Shown here: positions 1 through 12,287 of the stretch, piece by piece
How the letters are laid out: each line of letters begins with the position of its first letter
Numbering within the stretch: position 1 is the first letter of the stretch
From: Chiloscyllium plagiosum
Lineage: Eukaryota
Length of the DNA: 64,000 bases
Direction: 5' to 3'
Assembly: GCF_004010195.1 (NCBI RefSeq)
Contig: NC_057748.1
Span: 16,457,829-16,521,828 of the forward strand
The notes under the pieces: generated by a model
Seen by the model: the letters and a program-made list of their open reading frames with translations, nothing else
Database searches by the model: none
Told to the model about the DNA's origin: nothing
Translations under genes and position numbers: made by a program

Positions 1-272
1 TTGGGTGAGAGGGGAAAGATATAAAAGAGACCAAAGGGGCAACTGTTTCACGCAGGGGGTGATACATGTATGGAATGAGCTGCCAGAGGAAGTGGTGGAG
101 GTTTGTACAATTGCAACATTTAAAAGGCATTTGGATGGGTATATGAATCGGAAGGATATGGGCCAGGTGCTGGCAAGATGGACTAGATTGGGTTGGGATA
201 TCTGGTCAGCATGGACGGGTTGGAATGAAGGGTCTGTTTCCATGCTGTACATCTCTATGACTCTATGACTCT
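1..272 (+). mobile_element. CR1 LINE 3' end
   Basis: WNELPEEVVE..FKRHLD and CTATGACTCTATGACT tail. Confidence 0.85.
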
Positions 273-3200
273 GTGAATACCACAGGACTCAGTGCTGGGC
301 TCTCAACTATTTACAATCTGTATCAGTGATATTGATGCAGGGACTGAATGTAAATATTTTAAATCAACCTGTTATGGCACATCTCTGGAGCAGATAGGAC
401 TTAAACCAGATCCCCTGGCTCAAAGGTAGGGACATTACCACTGTACCATAAAAGCCATCAGAGACTATGGTAGTTAAATTTGATAATGATATCAAGGTAG
501 ATATTGTGGAATGAACTTCCAGAGGAAGTAGAGGATGTGGGTACAGATACGATTAAAAAACATTGAGATAAGTCGATAAATAAGAAATATTTGGGGGGAT
601 AATGGCAGAGTGGGACAAGTTTGGTTTGGGATTATGTTTGACATGGACTGGTTGAAATGAAGGGTCTGTATCCTTGCTGTACGATTCTATGACTATGACT
701 CTATAGGTAGGGAAATAAAACTGAGAATTTGCAAAGGGATATAAATAAGTGGTTGGGTAGAAATTTGGAGTATAATGTGGGAAGATATGAACATGCCCAA
801 TTTAGCAGTAAGAACAGAAAAGCAATATGCTACTTACATTGAGAGAGATCACAGAACTCAGTGATACTGAGGGATCTGGGTGACCCGGTACAGGGATTAC
901 TAAAGTTAATCTGCAACTGTAGAAAGTGGTTAGGAAGGTGAATAGAATATTGGTGCTTATAGAAAGAGGGCTAGAATACAAAGTAGCAATGTCTTATTGC
1001 GGCTACACATGGCCATGGTGAGACCATGTCTGGAGAACTTTGTACAGTTTTTGTCTCCTTATGAGAAAGGATGTTATTGCAATAGAAGTAATGCAAAGAA
1101 TGTTCACTCAAAAAAGAAAACTCAATCCTGGGATGAAGAGTTAACCTTATGAAGAAAGGCTGAACAGGCTGGGCTAATACCCATTGGTGTTTGGAAGAAT
1201 GAGAACTTTGCTGTTGAAACATGGAAGATCCTGAGGGGACATTACAGGTTCGGTGGTTGGTTATCCACCCGATCAACAGCACAAATACAGTACTGAGAAA
1301 CAGCTTGCAGTCAGAGAAACATGAGAGAGACATGAAATTCTCTGATTGGGGGAGCAGCTGGTTATGGATTCTGTTCCTCTCATATAAAGAGATGACCTTA
1401 CGCTGATTAGTCCATTATCATTTCCTGGGCATTTTGGGGGATTTTTGGAGGGGGGGGGGATTTTGCCTGCCACCACACCCCTCACATATTTTCAGCTTTG
1501 TGAGGCACTCACTTGCTACTTTTGATGCACTTGAGAAAGGATCAGTGCTGTCCAAGTTTCTCTGAACACACCGGCCCTGACAAACAGGACTATCTGCCCA
1601 ACCCTCTGCCAGACTCTGAGAAAGTGTCAGGACGTCATTGCAAGTTCACATATTCCTGGCTCACAAGAGGAGCTGTTACTTCCGAAGCCAATAATTCCCA
1701 CACAACATTCTGGAACAAAAAACAGGAATTATAAGAAATGCACACCAGGTCTGGCAGCATGTGTAAAGCAAGAGATAGTGTTAAAGTTTGATGTTGATGT
1801 CCTCTCATCAGATCAAAAAATAGTATCTACAACTTTCCTTCTTTCTGCTCTCATCGCCATGTAGCTGTTGTGTTTCTCAGTCTCTGGAAATGCTCGTCAG
1901 CAGAATAGGAAGGATTTGAAGGGATACAGTCCACATGCTGGCAGGTGGGACTAGATTGGGTTGGGATATCTGGTTGGCATGGATGAGTTGGACCAAAGAG
2001 TCTGTTTCCATGCTGTACATCTCTATGACTCTATGAGCAGGCATTCAATTTCAGTCTGGCTTCTTGGAAGCCTGAATTACATCTTCCAGGGATGTTTCCA
2101 ATCATCATGTTCTTCACCACCCTTAAAATGGCAGCACACAATTGGGGATGGGCAACCAAATGTTGGTGTTGCCAGCAATGTCCACACCCTGTGATTGAAT
2201 TAATTAAAAAGACACACACACACATACAGCCGTTTGGAATCACATTTCCTGGTTTTTCATTTTAGCCACTTTCTCCACATTCTCCTACTTATTTGGGGGC
2301 TAAATAGCCATTTCAACACCTCAGTGAGAACATCACCTCCCTCCAAAATGTCTATCCAGATGATATGCACAAGTCTTGGAGTGGGGCTCGAACCTTTCTG
2401 ACGTAGATTGGGGTACCACTAACTTGCAAACCTAGACATAACCTCAATATGAGAATAAATCAGAACTCTGCTGCTCACTTTCCCTCTCTCAGCAACAATA
2501 TTAATTTCTCCAAAGACAAAATGGGAAATTCCCACTGAGTTCAAAAACAGTGCATGGTGCCGACCAGCCAAGATTCAGGTTCAGTCCTGAGTATATTGCT
2601 AAGCTTGCTAAACTAGCAGAGGCCTTCTCTGTCAAAGAGATAGAAGCACCCCTTTCCTCCACCTCTTGCAACAAAAATCTCAAAAATCTTCTACATCAAA
2701 GGGAGCAGTGCTTCCGTAGCCATTCCGGAATGAAATCAGGACTATTTCTTCACAGGGTGTAGTCAGAACCTGGAACTCAAAACAGCTGGATTTTGAGGTG
2801 GAGAGGGACACTGAGAAGTGGATTGATTTGATAATTCCAACGTGTGGGGACCAGTTAGGATCAGAGGAGTGGAGATATACAACTATACAAATTCGGCCCC
2901 TTGAGCCTTTTCTGCCATTTGATAAGATCATAGCTGATCTGATTGTGGCCTCAACACTACTTTCCTGACTACCTCCAATAACCCGTGACTCCCTTGCTAA
3001 TCAAGAATCGATTTGCCACTGCTTTCAATATATTCAATATCTCCTCCTCTCCTGCTCTCTGGGGAAGGACATTCCACAGACTCATGACCTCCGAGAGATA
3101 AATTCACTTCTCAACTTTAAATAGGAGGCCCTTTATTTTTGAACTGTGACCCCTAGCTCTAGTCTCTTCCCCTCTTCGATCTCTCAAATTAAAGGTTGGG

Positions 3201-3779
3201 GAGTTAGTGGGCGCTGTTTGTGGGCTGTAGGAATTTAAACAGATAGTGAGGTTCAAGGCCATTAAGGTATTTGAATGCAAGAGTGCTCCTGTATTAAATG
3301 TCTGACTTTAGTCCTATGAGGACCAATATAGAGGACAGGATGTTTATTGATGAATCTCAGGAATGGGTTACGGGCATCAGAGATTTGGATAGGATAAAAT
3401 ATTGCTGTCAGGGATCTTAGGTTCCTTGAGAAGGTGAATTATTAAAGATCTCCCCCACTCTGCAAACAATTGGAAATTATTGAATACAGCGAGAATTTCT
3501 TCCATAGGTTTTGGATGAGATGTTAAGCCAAGGCTCTGTTTTTCCAGTTGGGACATATAAAATAACTCATGGAATGATTTTGAAGAAAAAGCATTTAATT
3601 TTGATTTGAGTTGAGTTATTGTAGTCACATGTACCTAAGTACAGTAAAAAACTTTGTTTTGTGAGCAGTACTGGCAGATCATAGCAAACGAGAATAGGGT
3701 GCTTAGACATAGTGAGGTATATAAGGTTACACCGCACAGGAGGTGCACAAAGCAAGGTCAATATTGGCAAGATCACAGG

Positions 3780-3987
3780 TGAGCTTTCCTTGGTGCCTCA
3801 GCCAATATTTATCCTTCACAAAAACAGATCACCTGGTCACTATCACTCTGCAGTTTGTGGGAGCTTTGCTGTGCATAGATTGGCGCTGAGCTTTTGAGGA
3901 ATAGTCACTACGCTTCACTGGCTATAAAGCACTTTCAGACATCCAGTAGTCATGGGAGGTGCATCTAAATGCAAGTTAGTCTTTTCT
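3780..3987 (+). mobile_element. Deu-domain SINE remnant (SacSINE1/AmnSINE1-like); related pieces at ~6950-7203 + 10141-10230 and ~13270-13660 (-)
   Basis: GCCAATATTTATCC..CTGGTCACTATCAC..GTTTGTGGGAGCTTTGCTGTGCATAGATTGG..GGCTATAAAGCACTTT matches the DeuSINE core as I recall it. Confidence 0.6.
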
Positions 3988-3994
3988 CATGTGC

Positions 3995-4224
3995 TCTTAG
4001 TTTGTGAAAAGTCTGAAGAAAGTTACATATTATCAAATGAACCATAACCGTTTTTTTTTAATAACATCTAAATTCGTAATTACTGCTAAACATCCTCATT
4101 GATGGATCCTCATCCATCAATGAGGATGTTTAGCAGTAATTACGAATTTAGATGTTATTAAAAAAAAACGGTTATGGTTCATTTGATAATATGTAACTTT
4201 CTTCAGACTTTTCACAAACTAAGA
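3995..4224. repeat. Perfect inverted repeat, 113-bp arms, 4-nt loop
   Basis: 3995-4107 is the exact reverse complement of 4112-4224, including the 9-nt T/A run. Confidence 0.95.
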
Positions 4225-4796
4225 TCCTCATCCATCAATTACTGCTAAACATCCTCATCCTCATGCTGGAAAGTTAGTTATACATTTGTTAAATGATAAA
4301 TTTCTCATTTTGATAAAATTTCACCTTAAATTTTTAAAGTTTTAACATGATAGTTGGCTTATATTATAATGCAAATTATCATTTATTTCATGAGCTGAAA
4401 TGTTTAAATTAAAAATGGAAAGGATTCAATGCTTTTAGCATCCTGCTCTGTGTACTGTAAGAATACTTTAACATGATTGGCTTCTTACCTTGTATGATGA
4501 CATCATTGTTGTTGACATCCTGGAGATCCTCTTTGCTGCAGATAGGGGGAGATGGTGGTATAATGATAATGTCACTGCGCTATTCATACTGAATCCTAAA
4601 AGTAATGTTCTAGATACATGGGTTCAAATTGGCAGGTGGTAGAATTTAAAAATTCAATTGTAAAGGTTAATCCCAGTAATGATGACCAAAAAGCTATCAA
4701 TGATAGTAGCAAAAAAAAACCATCTGGCCCACTGAAGTCTTTTCGGGAGGGAAATCTACTGTCCTTAGCTAGTCTGACTTACAACATGTAACTCCA

Positions 4797-5322
4797 GAGT
4801 TACAGCCAGCACGGAAACAGATCCTTTGGTCCAACTCATCCATGATAACTAAATATCCTAAATTAATTTGGTCCCATTCGCCAGCACTTGGCCCACATCC
4901 CTCAAAACCCTTCCCTACTCATATACCTATCCAGATGCTTTGTAAATGCTGTAATTGTACCAGCCTCCACCACTTCCTCTGGCAGCTCATTCCATACATG
5001 CACCACCTTCTGCGTGAAAAAGTTGCCCCTTAGGTCTCTTTTAAATCTTTTAAATCTTTCCTCTCTCACCTTAAACCTATGCTCACTAGTTTTGGATTCC
5101 GCTATCCTGGGGAAAAGACCTTCACTATTCACCCCATCCACGCCCCTCATGATTTTATAAACCTCTATAAGGTCACCCCTCAGTCTCTGACACTCCAGGG
5201 AGAATAGCCCCAGCCCATTCAGCCTCTCCTTTTGGCTCAAACCCTCCAACCCCGGCAAATATTTCCTGAACCCTTTCAAGTTTAACAACAACACCTTTCC
5301 TATAGCAGGGAGACCAGAACTG
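4797..5322 (-). mobile_element. CR1 LINE 3' fragment
   Basis: LGLFSLE..LRGDLIEVYKI..NFFTQ..WNELP. Confidence 0.85.
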
Positions 5323-5689
5323 AGCCTACAATAATGTGGTTGCCTCTTAATTGCCCTCATTTCAGGAGTATTTAGGGAAAGGCAACAAAAGCTGCTTTGC
5401 CTCTGATGTCCACATCCTCTGAAATAAAGGGACAAACATTAATCTGCGTTTGGAGAAAGGGAAAACCACAGCAGAGTGATCATTGGATCTCTGCCGACAG
5501 TAGTAGCATATGCCATAGCTTCACTACTGATCACAAGATCCAAACTGATATGTTTTTTGGAAGTTTTGTGCTTAATTCCTTCTGATATTAAATCCCGCCT
5601 CCCTGGCTAACTAAAAGAAATCAAGGATTGTATAAAATTGAAAGAAAAAGCATACATTGTTGCAGAGGGCAACAGACTGAGAACTTTTT

Positions 5690-6325
5690 ATAACCTGCAA
5701 AAGATGATTTGGAAAAAAAAAACTTATATGGGAGACATTAGAATACAAAAGTAAACTAACAAAAAGTATAATAACAGGCAGTAAGAGCTTCTATGAGTAC
5801 ACAAAAAAGGACAGAGGGTAGCAAAAGAAAATGTTGGCCCTATAGAAGATGAGATTAAAAATAATAGTAAATGAAGAAATAGCAGGGAATTCAATCAACT
5901 ATTTACTACCTGTCTTTGCATTAACATAGACAAAAAATAAACTAAAAGTGATAGAAAATCAAAGGACAAAAAGTGAATAAATAAAGGACTTATTATCACT
6001 GGTGAAAACATACCAGGAAAATTGTTTGGACTAAAGGCTATTAGGTTCCTAGTACCTGATGGCCTATATCCCAGGATTTTAAGGAAAGTACCTGAAGAGA
6101 TATTGAATACATTGGTTGTAATCCTTCAAAATTTCCTATGTTCAGGGAAGGTCCCAGTGAATTGGAAAGTTACAAGTGCAACACCTCTATTCAAGAAAGG
6201 AGGGAGACATAAAACGACAGGCCTGATAGCCTAACAGAATTACATAAATACTGGAATCTACGTATTGAGGAAATTGTGGCAGTGTATTTAGAAAATCATT
6301 ATATAATACAGCAGAGTCAACAGGG
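5690..6325 (+). mobile_element. Old CR1 ORF2 internal fragment
   Basis: PDGLYPRIL, SGKVPVNWK, TPLFKKG. Confidence 0.7.
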
Positions 6326-6599
6326 CAAGTGCAAAGCAGGACAGCAAATTTGATGTCTTAGTTTTAATATCTGCTTGACAAATGGGTCTTCCTGAATTAT
6401 ACAAAACGTATGATTGCAGAATTCTGTGCTGAGTGATACTGTAAGCCTAGGTTCAATGGGAAAAGATTACAGTCTTAAGGCCTTTATACATCAGTAGATT
6501 GATGTAAATATAGCTGTAAATTGCATTTGGAGTGAGACTTCTTGCCACTTATTTGGCCAATTTGATCAACAACGCAACTCATGTATCCAAATTGTGATG

Positions 6600-6945
6600 T
6601 ATAGAATTCCTCGAATGCAGATGGAGGCCATTCAGCCCATTGAGTCTGCACCAGCACTCTGAAGGACATCCCACCTTGACCCAGGCCAAAGCCTGTCCCT
6701 TTAACTCTGCATTTACTACAGTTAACTCACCTAGCCTGCACATCCCTGGACACAGTGGGGCAATTTAGCATGGCCAATCCATCTAACCTCCATATCTTTG
6801 GACTGTGGGAGGAAATCAAGGCACTCAGAGAAAACCCATATAGATATGAGGAGAATGTGCAAACTCTACACAGGGAGTCGCCCGAGGTTGGGTTCAAACC
6901 TGGGTCTCTGGTACTGTGAGGTAACAGTGCTAACCACTGATCCAC
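6600..6945 (-). mobile_element. HE1-type V-SINE
   Basis: V-domain and tRNA head on the - strand. Confidence 0.75.
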
Positions 6946-7261
6946 ATGCCTTGCCTTTAAATCAGAAGGTTGTAGCTTCAACTCCTGCTCAACCTGGGCC
7001 CAAAAATCAAGTCTGATACTGCTGGACTATTGATGGTGCTGTTTTCAGATGAGATGCTAAACTGAGGGCCCACTTGCCCTCAGCTAAGATCTCAGTGTTT
7101 CAGAGAAGAGCAGGGGAAATCTCCTGTGTTGTCCTGATCAATATTTATCCCTCAATCATGAACAACCAAAATAAAACCAGACAATCTGACCATTATCCCA
7201 TTTAACAAAGTTAAAAATCACATAACACGAGGTTATAGTCCAACAGGTTTAATTGGAAGCA

Positions 7262-7296
7262 CACTAGCTTTCGGAGCAACGCTCCTTCATCAGGTG
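7262..7296 (-). ncRNA. Minimal type I hammerhead ribozyme motif
   Basis: cac-CUGAUGA-a-ggagc(guu)gcucc-GAAA-gc-UA-gug: intact core, 3-bp stem I, 5-bp stem II and palindromic stem III. Confidence 0.75.
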
Positions 7297-7669
7297 ATAA
7301 TGGAGGGCTCAATCCTAACAAACAGAATTTATAGCAAAAATTTACAGTGATGTAAGTGAAATTATACATTGAAAAAATGATTGTCTGTTAAGCCTTTCAT
7401 CTGTTAGAATACAGTGATAGTTTCACTTCTTTCATGTGTAAATCACAAAACCTTTTTTTTTAAAGTTGCATTCTCAGGTTAGCTGTTAACAATGGTGATA
7501 GCTAGACAATATGTTGAAAGTGTTGGCTCCCTGTATTCTCTGTCTATGCCATGATGTTTATATTGATTCTGATCTAAAAAGTGAGATAATGGAGTTCTAC
7601 ATGAATGCATGCAGTTTTTGAGCAAAGTACAATGTAACCCTGCAAGTACAAATTCACCCCACAAAATAT

Positions 7670-7910
7670 ATGTGTGCATATGGGTCTGTGTGTGTCTGTC
7701 TGTTTGGGGTGGGGGTTGTGAGTGTGAGAAAGTGTATGTGTGTAGTGAGTGCAGAGTGTCTTAAGTTTGTGAGGGGGTGCATGTGTGAGTGTGGGAGTGT
7801 GTGTGGGTGTCTGTGTGCGCGTCTCTGTGTATGTGTGTCCATGTGTATAGGAGTGCCTGTGTGTGTGTGAGAGTGTGTGTGTATGTAGGAGTATCTGTGT
7901 GTGTGTATAG
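7670..7910 (+). repeat. Degenerate (GT)n microsatellite-like tract inside the Penelope-like element
   Basis: Directly visible. It explains the H/T-rich and C/V-rich spurious ORFs. Confidence 0.9.
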
Positions 7911-8361
7911 TGCAATGGTGGTCACCTGTAGTGTGACATGAACCCAAGGTCCTGGTTGAGGCCCTCCTTATGGGTACCAAACTTAGCTATCAGCCTCTCT
8001 CGGCCACTACATGCATTCATGTAGAACTCTGAGCTCAAAAACTGCATGAATTTATGTAAAACTCCGTTATCTCACTTTTTAGATCAGAATCAACCTAAAC
8101 ATCATGGCATAGACAGAGAACACAGGGAGCCAACACTTTCAACATATTGTCCAGCTATCACCATTGTTAACAACTAACCTGAGAATGCAACTTTAAAAAA
8201 AAAGGTTTTGTGATTTACACATGAAAGAAGTGAAACTATCACTGTATTCTAACAGATGAAAGGCTTAACAGACAATCAATTTTTCAATGTATAATTTCAG
8301 TTACATCACACTGTAAATTTTTGCTATAAATTCTGTGTGATAGGATTGAGCCCTCCACTAT

Positions 8362-8396
8362 CACCTGATGAAGGAATGACGTTCCGAAAGCTAGTG
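8362..8396 (+). ncRNA. Minimal type I hammerhead ribozyme motif
   Basis: cac-CUGAUGA-a-ggaa(ugacg)uucc-GAAA-gc-UA-gug. Confidence 0.72.
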
Positions 8397-8906
8397 TGCT
8401 TCCAATTAAACCTGTTGGACTATAACCTGGTGTTGTGTGATTTTTAACTTTGTACACCCCAGTCCAACACCGGCATCTCCAAATCATGCCCATTTAACAT
8501 GGCTTTGTGCATGGGAAATCATGTCTCATAAATTTGATTGAGGTTTTTGAAGAAGTAACAAAGAGGATTGATCAAGTCCATATGACGTGATCTGTATGCA
8601 CTTCAGTAAGGCGTTTGGCAAGGTCCCCTATGGGAGACCGGTTAGCAAGGTTAGATCTCATTGAATACAGGGAGAACAAGCCATTTGGATACAGAACTGG
8701 CTCAAAGGTAGAAGACAGAGGGTGGTGGTGGATGGTTGTTTTTCAGACTGGAGGCCTGTGACCAGTGGTGTACCACAAGGATCGGTGCTGGGTCCACTAC
8801 TTTTCATCATTTATATAAATTCTTTGGATGTAAGCATAAGAAGTATAGTTAGTAAGTTTGCAAATGACACCAAAATTGAAAGTGTAGTGGACAGCGAAGA
8901 AATTTA

Positions 8907-9143
8907 GCGCTGAAAATGTGTTGCTGGAAAAGCGCAGCAGGTCAGGCAGCATCCAAGGAACAGGAGAATCGACGTTTCGGGCATAAGCCCTTCTTCAGGA
9001 ATGAGGAAAGTGTGTCCAGCAGGCTAAGATAAAAGGTAGGGAGGAGGGACTTGGGGGAGGGGCATTGGAAATGCGATAGGTGGAAGGAGGCCAAGGTGAG
9101 GGTGATAGGCTGGAGTGGGGTGGGGGCGGAGAGGTCAGGAAGA
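8907..9143 (-). mobile_element. Penelope-derived element (second family) inserted in CR1, running into the gap; hammerhead-like core at 8970-8999
   Basis: Same sequence as copies at 32756, 33053, 34726, 49828 and 56422. The - strand reads CCTGAAGAAGGGCTTATGCCCGAAACGTCG. Confidence 0.75.
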
Positions 9144-9615
9144 NNNNNNNNNNNNNNNNNNNNNNNNNNNNNNNNNNNNNNNNNNNNNNNNNNNNNNNNN
9201 NNNNNNNNNNNNNNNNNNNNNNNNNNNNNNNNNNNNNNNNNNNNNNNNNNNNNNNNNNNNNNNNNNNNNNNNNNNNNNNNNNNNNNNNNNNNNNNNNNNN
9301 NNNNNNNNNNNNNNNNNNNNNNNNNNNNNNNNNNNNNNNNNNNNNNNNNNNNNNNNNNNNNNNNNNNNNNNNNNNNNNNNNNNNNNNNNNNNNNNNNNNN
9401 NNNNNNNNNNNNNNNNNNNNNNNNNNNNNNNNNNNNNNNNNNNNNNNNNNNNNNNNNNNNNNNNNNNNNNNNNNNNNNNNNNNNNNNNNNNNNNNNNNNN
9501 NNNNNNNNNNNNNNNNNNNNNNNNNNNNNNNNNNNNNNNNNNNNNNNNNNNNNNNNNNNNNNNNNNNNNNNNNNNNNNNNNNNNNNNNNNNNNNNNNNNN
9601 NNNNNNNNNNNNNNA
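9144..9615. other. Assembly gap (N run)
   Basis: N run. Confidence 1.
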
Positions 9616-10440
9616 TTCTGGTCTCCTTCCTATCAGAAGAATGTTGTGAAACTTGAAAGGGTTCAGAAAAGATTTACAAGGATGTTGCCAGGGTTGGAGG
9701 ATTTGAGCTTCAGGGAGAGGCTGAACAGGCTGGAGCTGTTTTCCCTGGAGCGTCGGAGGATGAGTGGTGACCTTATAGAGGTTTATAAAATCATGAGGGG
9801 CATGGATAGGATTAATAGACAAAGTCTCTTCCCTGGGGTGGGATAGTCCAGAACTAGAGGGCATAGGTTTAGGGTGAGAGGGGAAAGATATAAACGGGAA
9901 CTAAGGGGCAACTTTTTCATGCAGAGGGTGGTACGTGTATGGAATGAGCTGCCAGAGGAAATGGTGGAGGCTGGTACAATTACAACATTTAAAAGGCATC
10001 TGGATGGGTATATGAATAGGAAGGGTTTGGAGGGATATGGGTCAGGTGCTGGCAGGTGGGACTGGATTGGGATATCTTGTCAGCATGGGCAAATTAGACT
10101 GAAGGGTCTGTTTCCCATGCTGTACATTTCTATGACTCTATGCTGTTTAGTGGGAGCTTGCTGTGCATAAATTGGCTGCCCTGATTCCAATCTTATGACA
10201 TCAATCAGGTGTAAAGTGATCTGAAGGAGCGTCCTCCAGTCATAGAGGCGTACAACACGGAAATCGACCTTTTGGTCCAACTCCTCCATGCCCACCAGAT
10301 ATCCTAAATCAATCTACTCCCATTTGCCAGCATATGGCCCAAATCCCTCTTAAACCCTTCTCATCCAGATGTCTTTTAAATGTTATAATTGTACCAGCCT
10401 CCGCCACTGGAAACAAAAAAGTTAACTCTGCTTTCTCTCC

Positions 10441-10727
10441 ACAGTTTGGAAACAGGCCCTTCGGCCCAACAAGCCCACACCGACCCTCTGGCCAGCAACC
10501 CACCCAGACCCATTCCCTTACATTTACCCCTGACTCATGCACCTAACACTACAGGCGATTTCCCATGGCCAAGTCACCCTGACCTGCACACCTCTGCTAC
10601 TGTGGGAGGAAAGCCGCACAGACACGGGGGAAAGAGTGTGCAAACTCCACACACAGACAGTCACCCGAGACTAGAGTCGAACCTGGCACCCTGAGGCAGC
10701 AGTGCTAGCCACCGTGCCACCCTGCCG
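10441..10727 (-). mobile_element. HE1-type V-SINE just upstream of the promoter
   Basis: V-domain and tRNA head on the - strand. Inserted within a Penelope-type terminal remnant. Confidence 0.75.
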
Positions 10728-11027
10728 AGTTTTTCCAGCAAGTTCCGCTTTTATTTCTGATTTTCAGCACCCACCGTACTGTCGGATTTGTTTTTGTCAG
10801 GTGTCAAGTGTGTCGGGTTTGTCCTGCAGCAGCGAAAGGTGCTACGAGAAATGTATACCCCTGTATAAATTATAATCCTCCCAATCCTCTGTGACTTGTA
10901 GTCCTTCCTCAACCCCCAGTTATTTAAAAAGGGAAAGCGTGAGCAAGGCGCGCAGTCACTTCTGACAGGTGCGGCCGACAGACGAGGAAGATGATATTTT
11001 GGATTCGGAGATTGAGAAGAAACATTT

Positions 11028-11037
11028 GGGATTTCCC
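11028..11037 (+). promoter_or_regulatory. NF-kappaB-type binding site GGGATTTCCC
   Basis: Exact match to GGGRNWYYCC, ~350 bp upstream of the predicted ATG. A GAAA-repeat (ISRE-like) tract follows at ~11079-11093. Confidence 0.4.
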
Positions 11038-11385
11038 TCCCGACTCGACAAACACCCCCCCGCCGCCGAATGAATCATGAAAGAAATGAAAAGCTTGTAA
11101 ATTGCAACTTGGCGTTGGAAAATCTGCGGGCGGTTGCCTGGGGGCGCTCGAAGAAAGAAAAAGAAAGTTTCGAAAAAGTCCTCACAACTTTCGATTGCCA
11201 AGTTTCAGTGTTTAACTTCCCTCCCTGCGACAGGACTGGTTTCGGTGCTGACTCCAGGGCTTACTGGGGAGTCAGACTTGATGACATTGACTGTCCAGGC
11301 ACAAGGATATCAGGAGTTAGCACAGAGGGGGAAATCTATCATTTGGAATCTCTGGAGTCTCTCAGTACCCTTCGCCACAGAAGGC

Positions 11386-11438
11386 ATGGCGGACTTTACC
11401 CCTCCTCAGATGGACCCAGGACCCAGGCCAACTTTCAG
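11386..11438 (+). CDS. ICOSLG: B7-family (ICOS-ligand-like) gene, coding exon 1 (MADFTPPQMDPGPRPTF-R)
   Basis: ATG in good Kozak context (GGCATGG) within the CpG-rich region. Donor AG|GTAGGA is phase 2, matching the phase needed by the signal-peptide exon at 41044. Confidence 0.6.
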
Positions 11439-12287
11439 GTAGGATACTCAGTTATTCAGGTCGTGAGAGTAAACCTGCGCAAAATTCCAACGCGTTCACT
11501 TTTTCCCAACTTGTTCATACTTTCCCCTCTGTCTCCCTCGCTCGAAACCGTTTCAGGAGCACCGCTCCCCTCCCAAAAGCTGCATCTCACTGTCTGATCT
11601 GCATTTTCGTTGGATCAAGACGTGATTGCCAGGGGGCACCTCGCCTGTGGGGGGCCATCACACCCTGAATCGAACTTTCCCCGCCTCCTGATCGACCAGG
11701 GGTTTTGTTTTTCAGAAATAGGAGAGAGAATGTGGTCTTTGGAAAAGGCGTTGGAAACCGCCAACAGTGACTTTCGTCAGGGAACTGGGTTTGTAAGGGA
11801 GAATGGAGTGGAGCTTTCAAAGAGGCCAGGTCAACACTCTCTGCGTTTCGCTGTTCAAAATGGATCTGTCTGCAAAGTGAGACAGAATGATTTGAAGGAG
11901 CCAGTGTCGGACTGGGGAGGACAAAGTTTAAACAAAAAATCACACAGCACCAGGATGATGAAGGGCCATGGGTGGGGAAGTCGTGGGATAGTGGTCAAAG
12001 CCTCAAGTGTGTGGTAGAGAACAGGTGAATAGTGCTGGGGACTTCACAGAGAGTCAGCCACAGAGTTACTTTGACATTTGTGAAAGAGAGCGGCGATGAC
12101 TAACTGGGAATAGGGCATGGCGACTGACACAACAAACAAACGACAAAGTCAGGACCAAACCTTATCAAGGAACCCCTTTAATACTGTGACATTTGCTCCT
12201 TTTTATATTATTGTGCCACCCATCAGTGGTAGACGTGTGAATAAGTGAAATACTACCTGTTTAGGGAATCCTTCCTATCTGCTCTCC

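Larger units (their letters stand above)
7208..8488. mobile_element. Penelope-like element remnant with inverted pseudo-LTRs and internal (GT)n-rich tract
   Basis: ~7208-7620 is an inverted copy of ~8040-8452. TSD CCCATTTAACA (7197-7207 / 8489-8499). Hammerhead cores in both arms. Confidence 0.8.
8500..10141 (+). mobile_element. CR1-type LINE 3' portion (interrupted by Penelope insertion and gap)
   Basis: [38 protein letters not shown] and a CTATGACTCTA tail. Confidence 0.88.
10900..11900 (+). promoter_or_regulatory. CpG-rich promoter / first-exon region of the B7-family gene
   Basis: The clearest CpG-dense non-repeat stretch in an otherwise CpG-depleted window (e.g. GGCGCGCAG, CCCGCCGCCGAA, GCGGGCGG). 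It contains the ATG exon and a perfect kappaB motif. AT-rich TATA-like words occur at ~10865 and ~10921. Confidence 0.65.

Noticed and set aside
2523-2533. Isolated perfect kappaB sites (GGGAAATTCCC here; GGGGAATTCCC at 17160-17170)
   Set aside because: A few such matches are expected by chance in 64 kb and there is no supporting context.
7574-7980. His/Thr-rich and Cys/Val-rich ORFs
   Set aside because: Translations of a degenerate (GT)n tract.
8995-9864. Long ORFs of 189-289 aa
   Set aside because: Artefacts of the N gap; the flanks are Penelope and CR1 sequence.
11070-12017. 175-aa and 135-aa ORFs over the promoter
   Set aside because: No recognisable domain; expected by chance in GC-richer DNA, and they run through the exon-1 donor or lie in intron 1.
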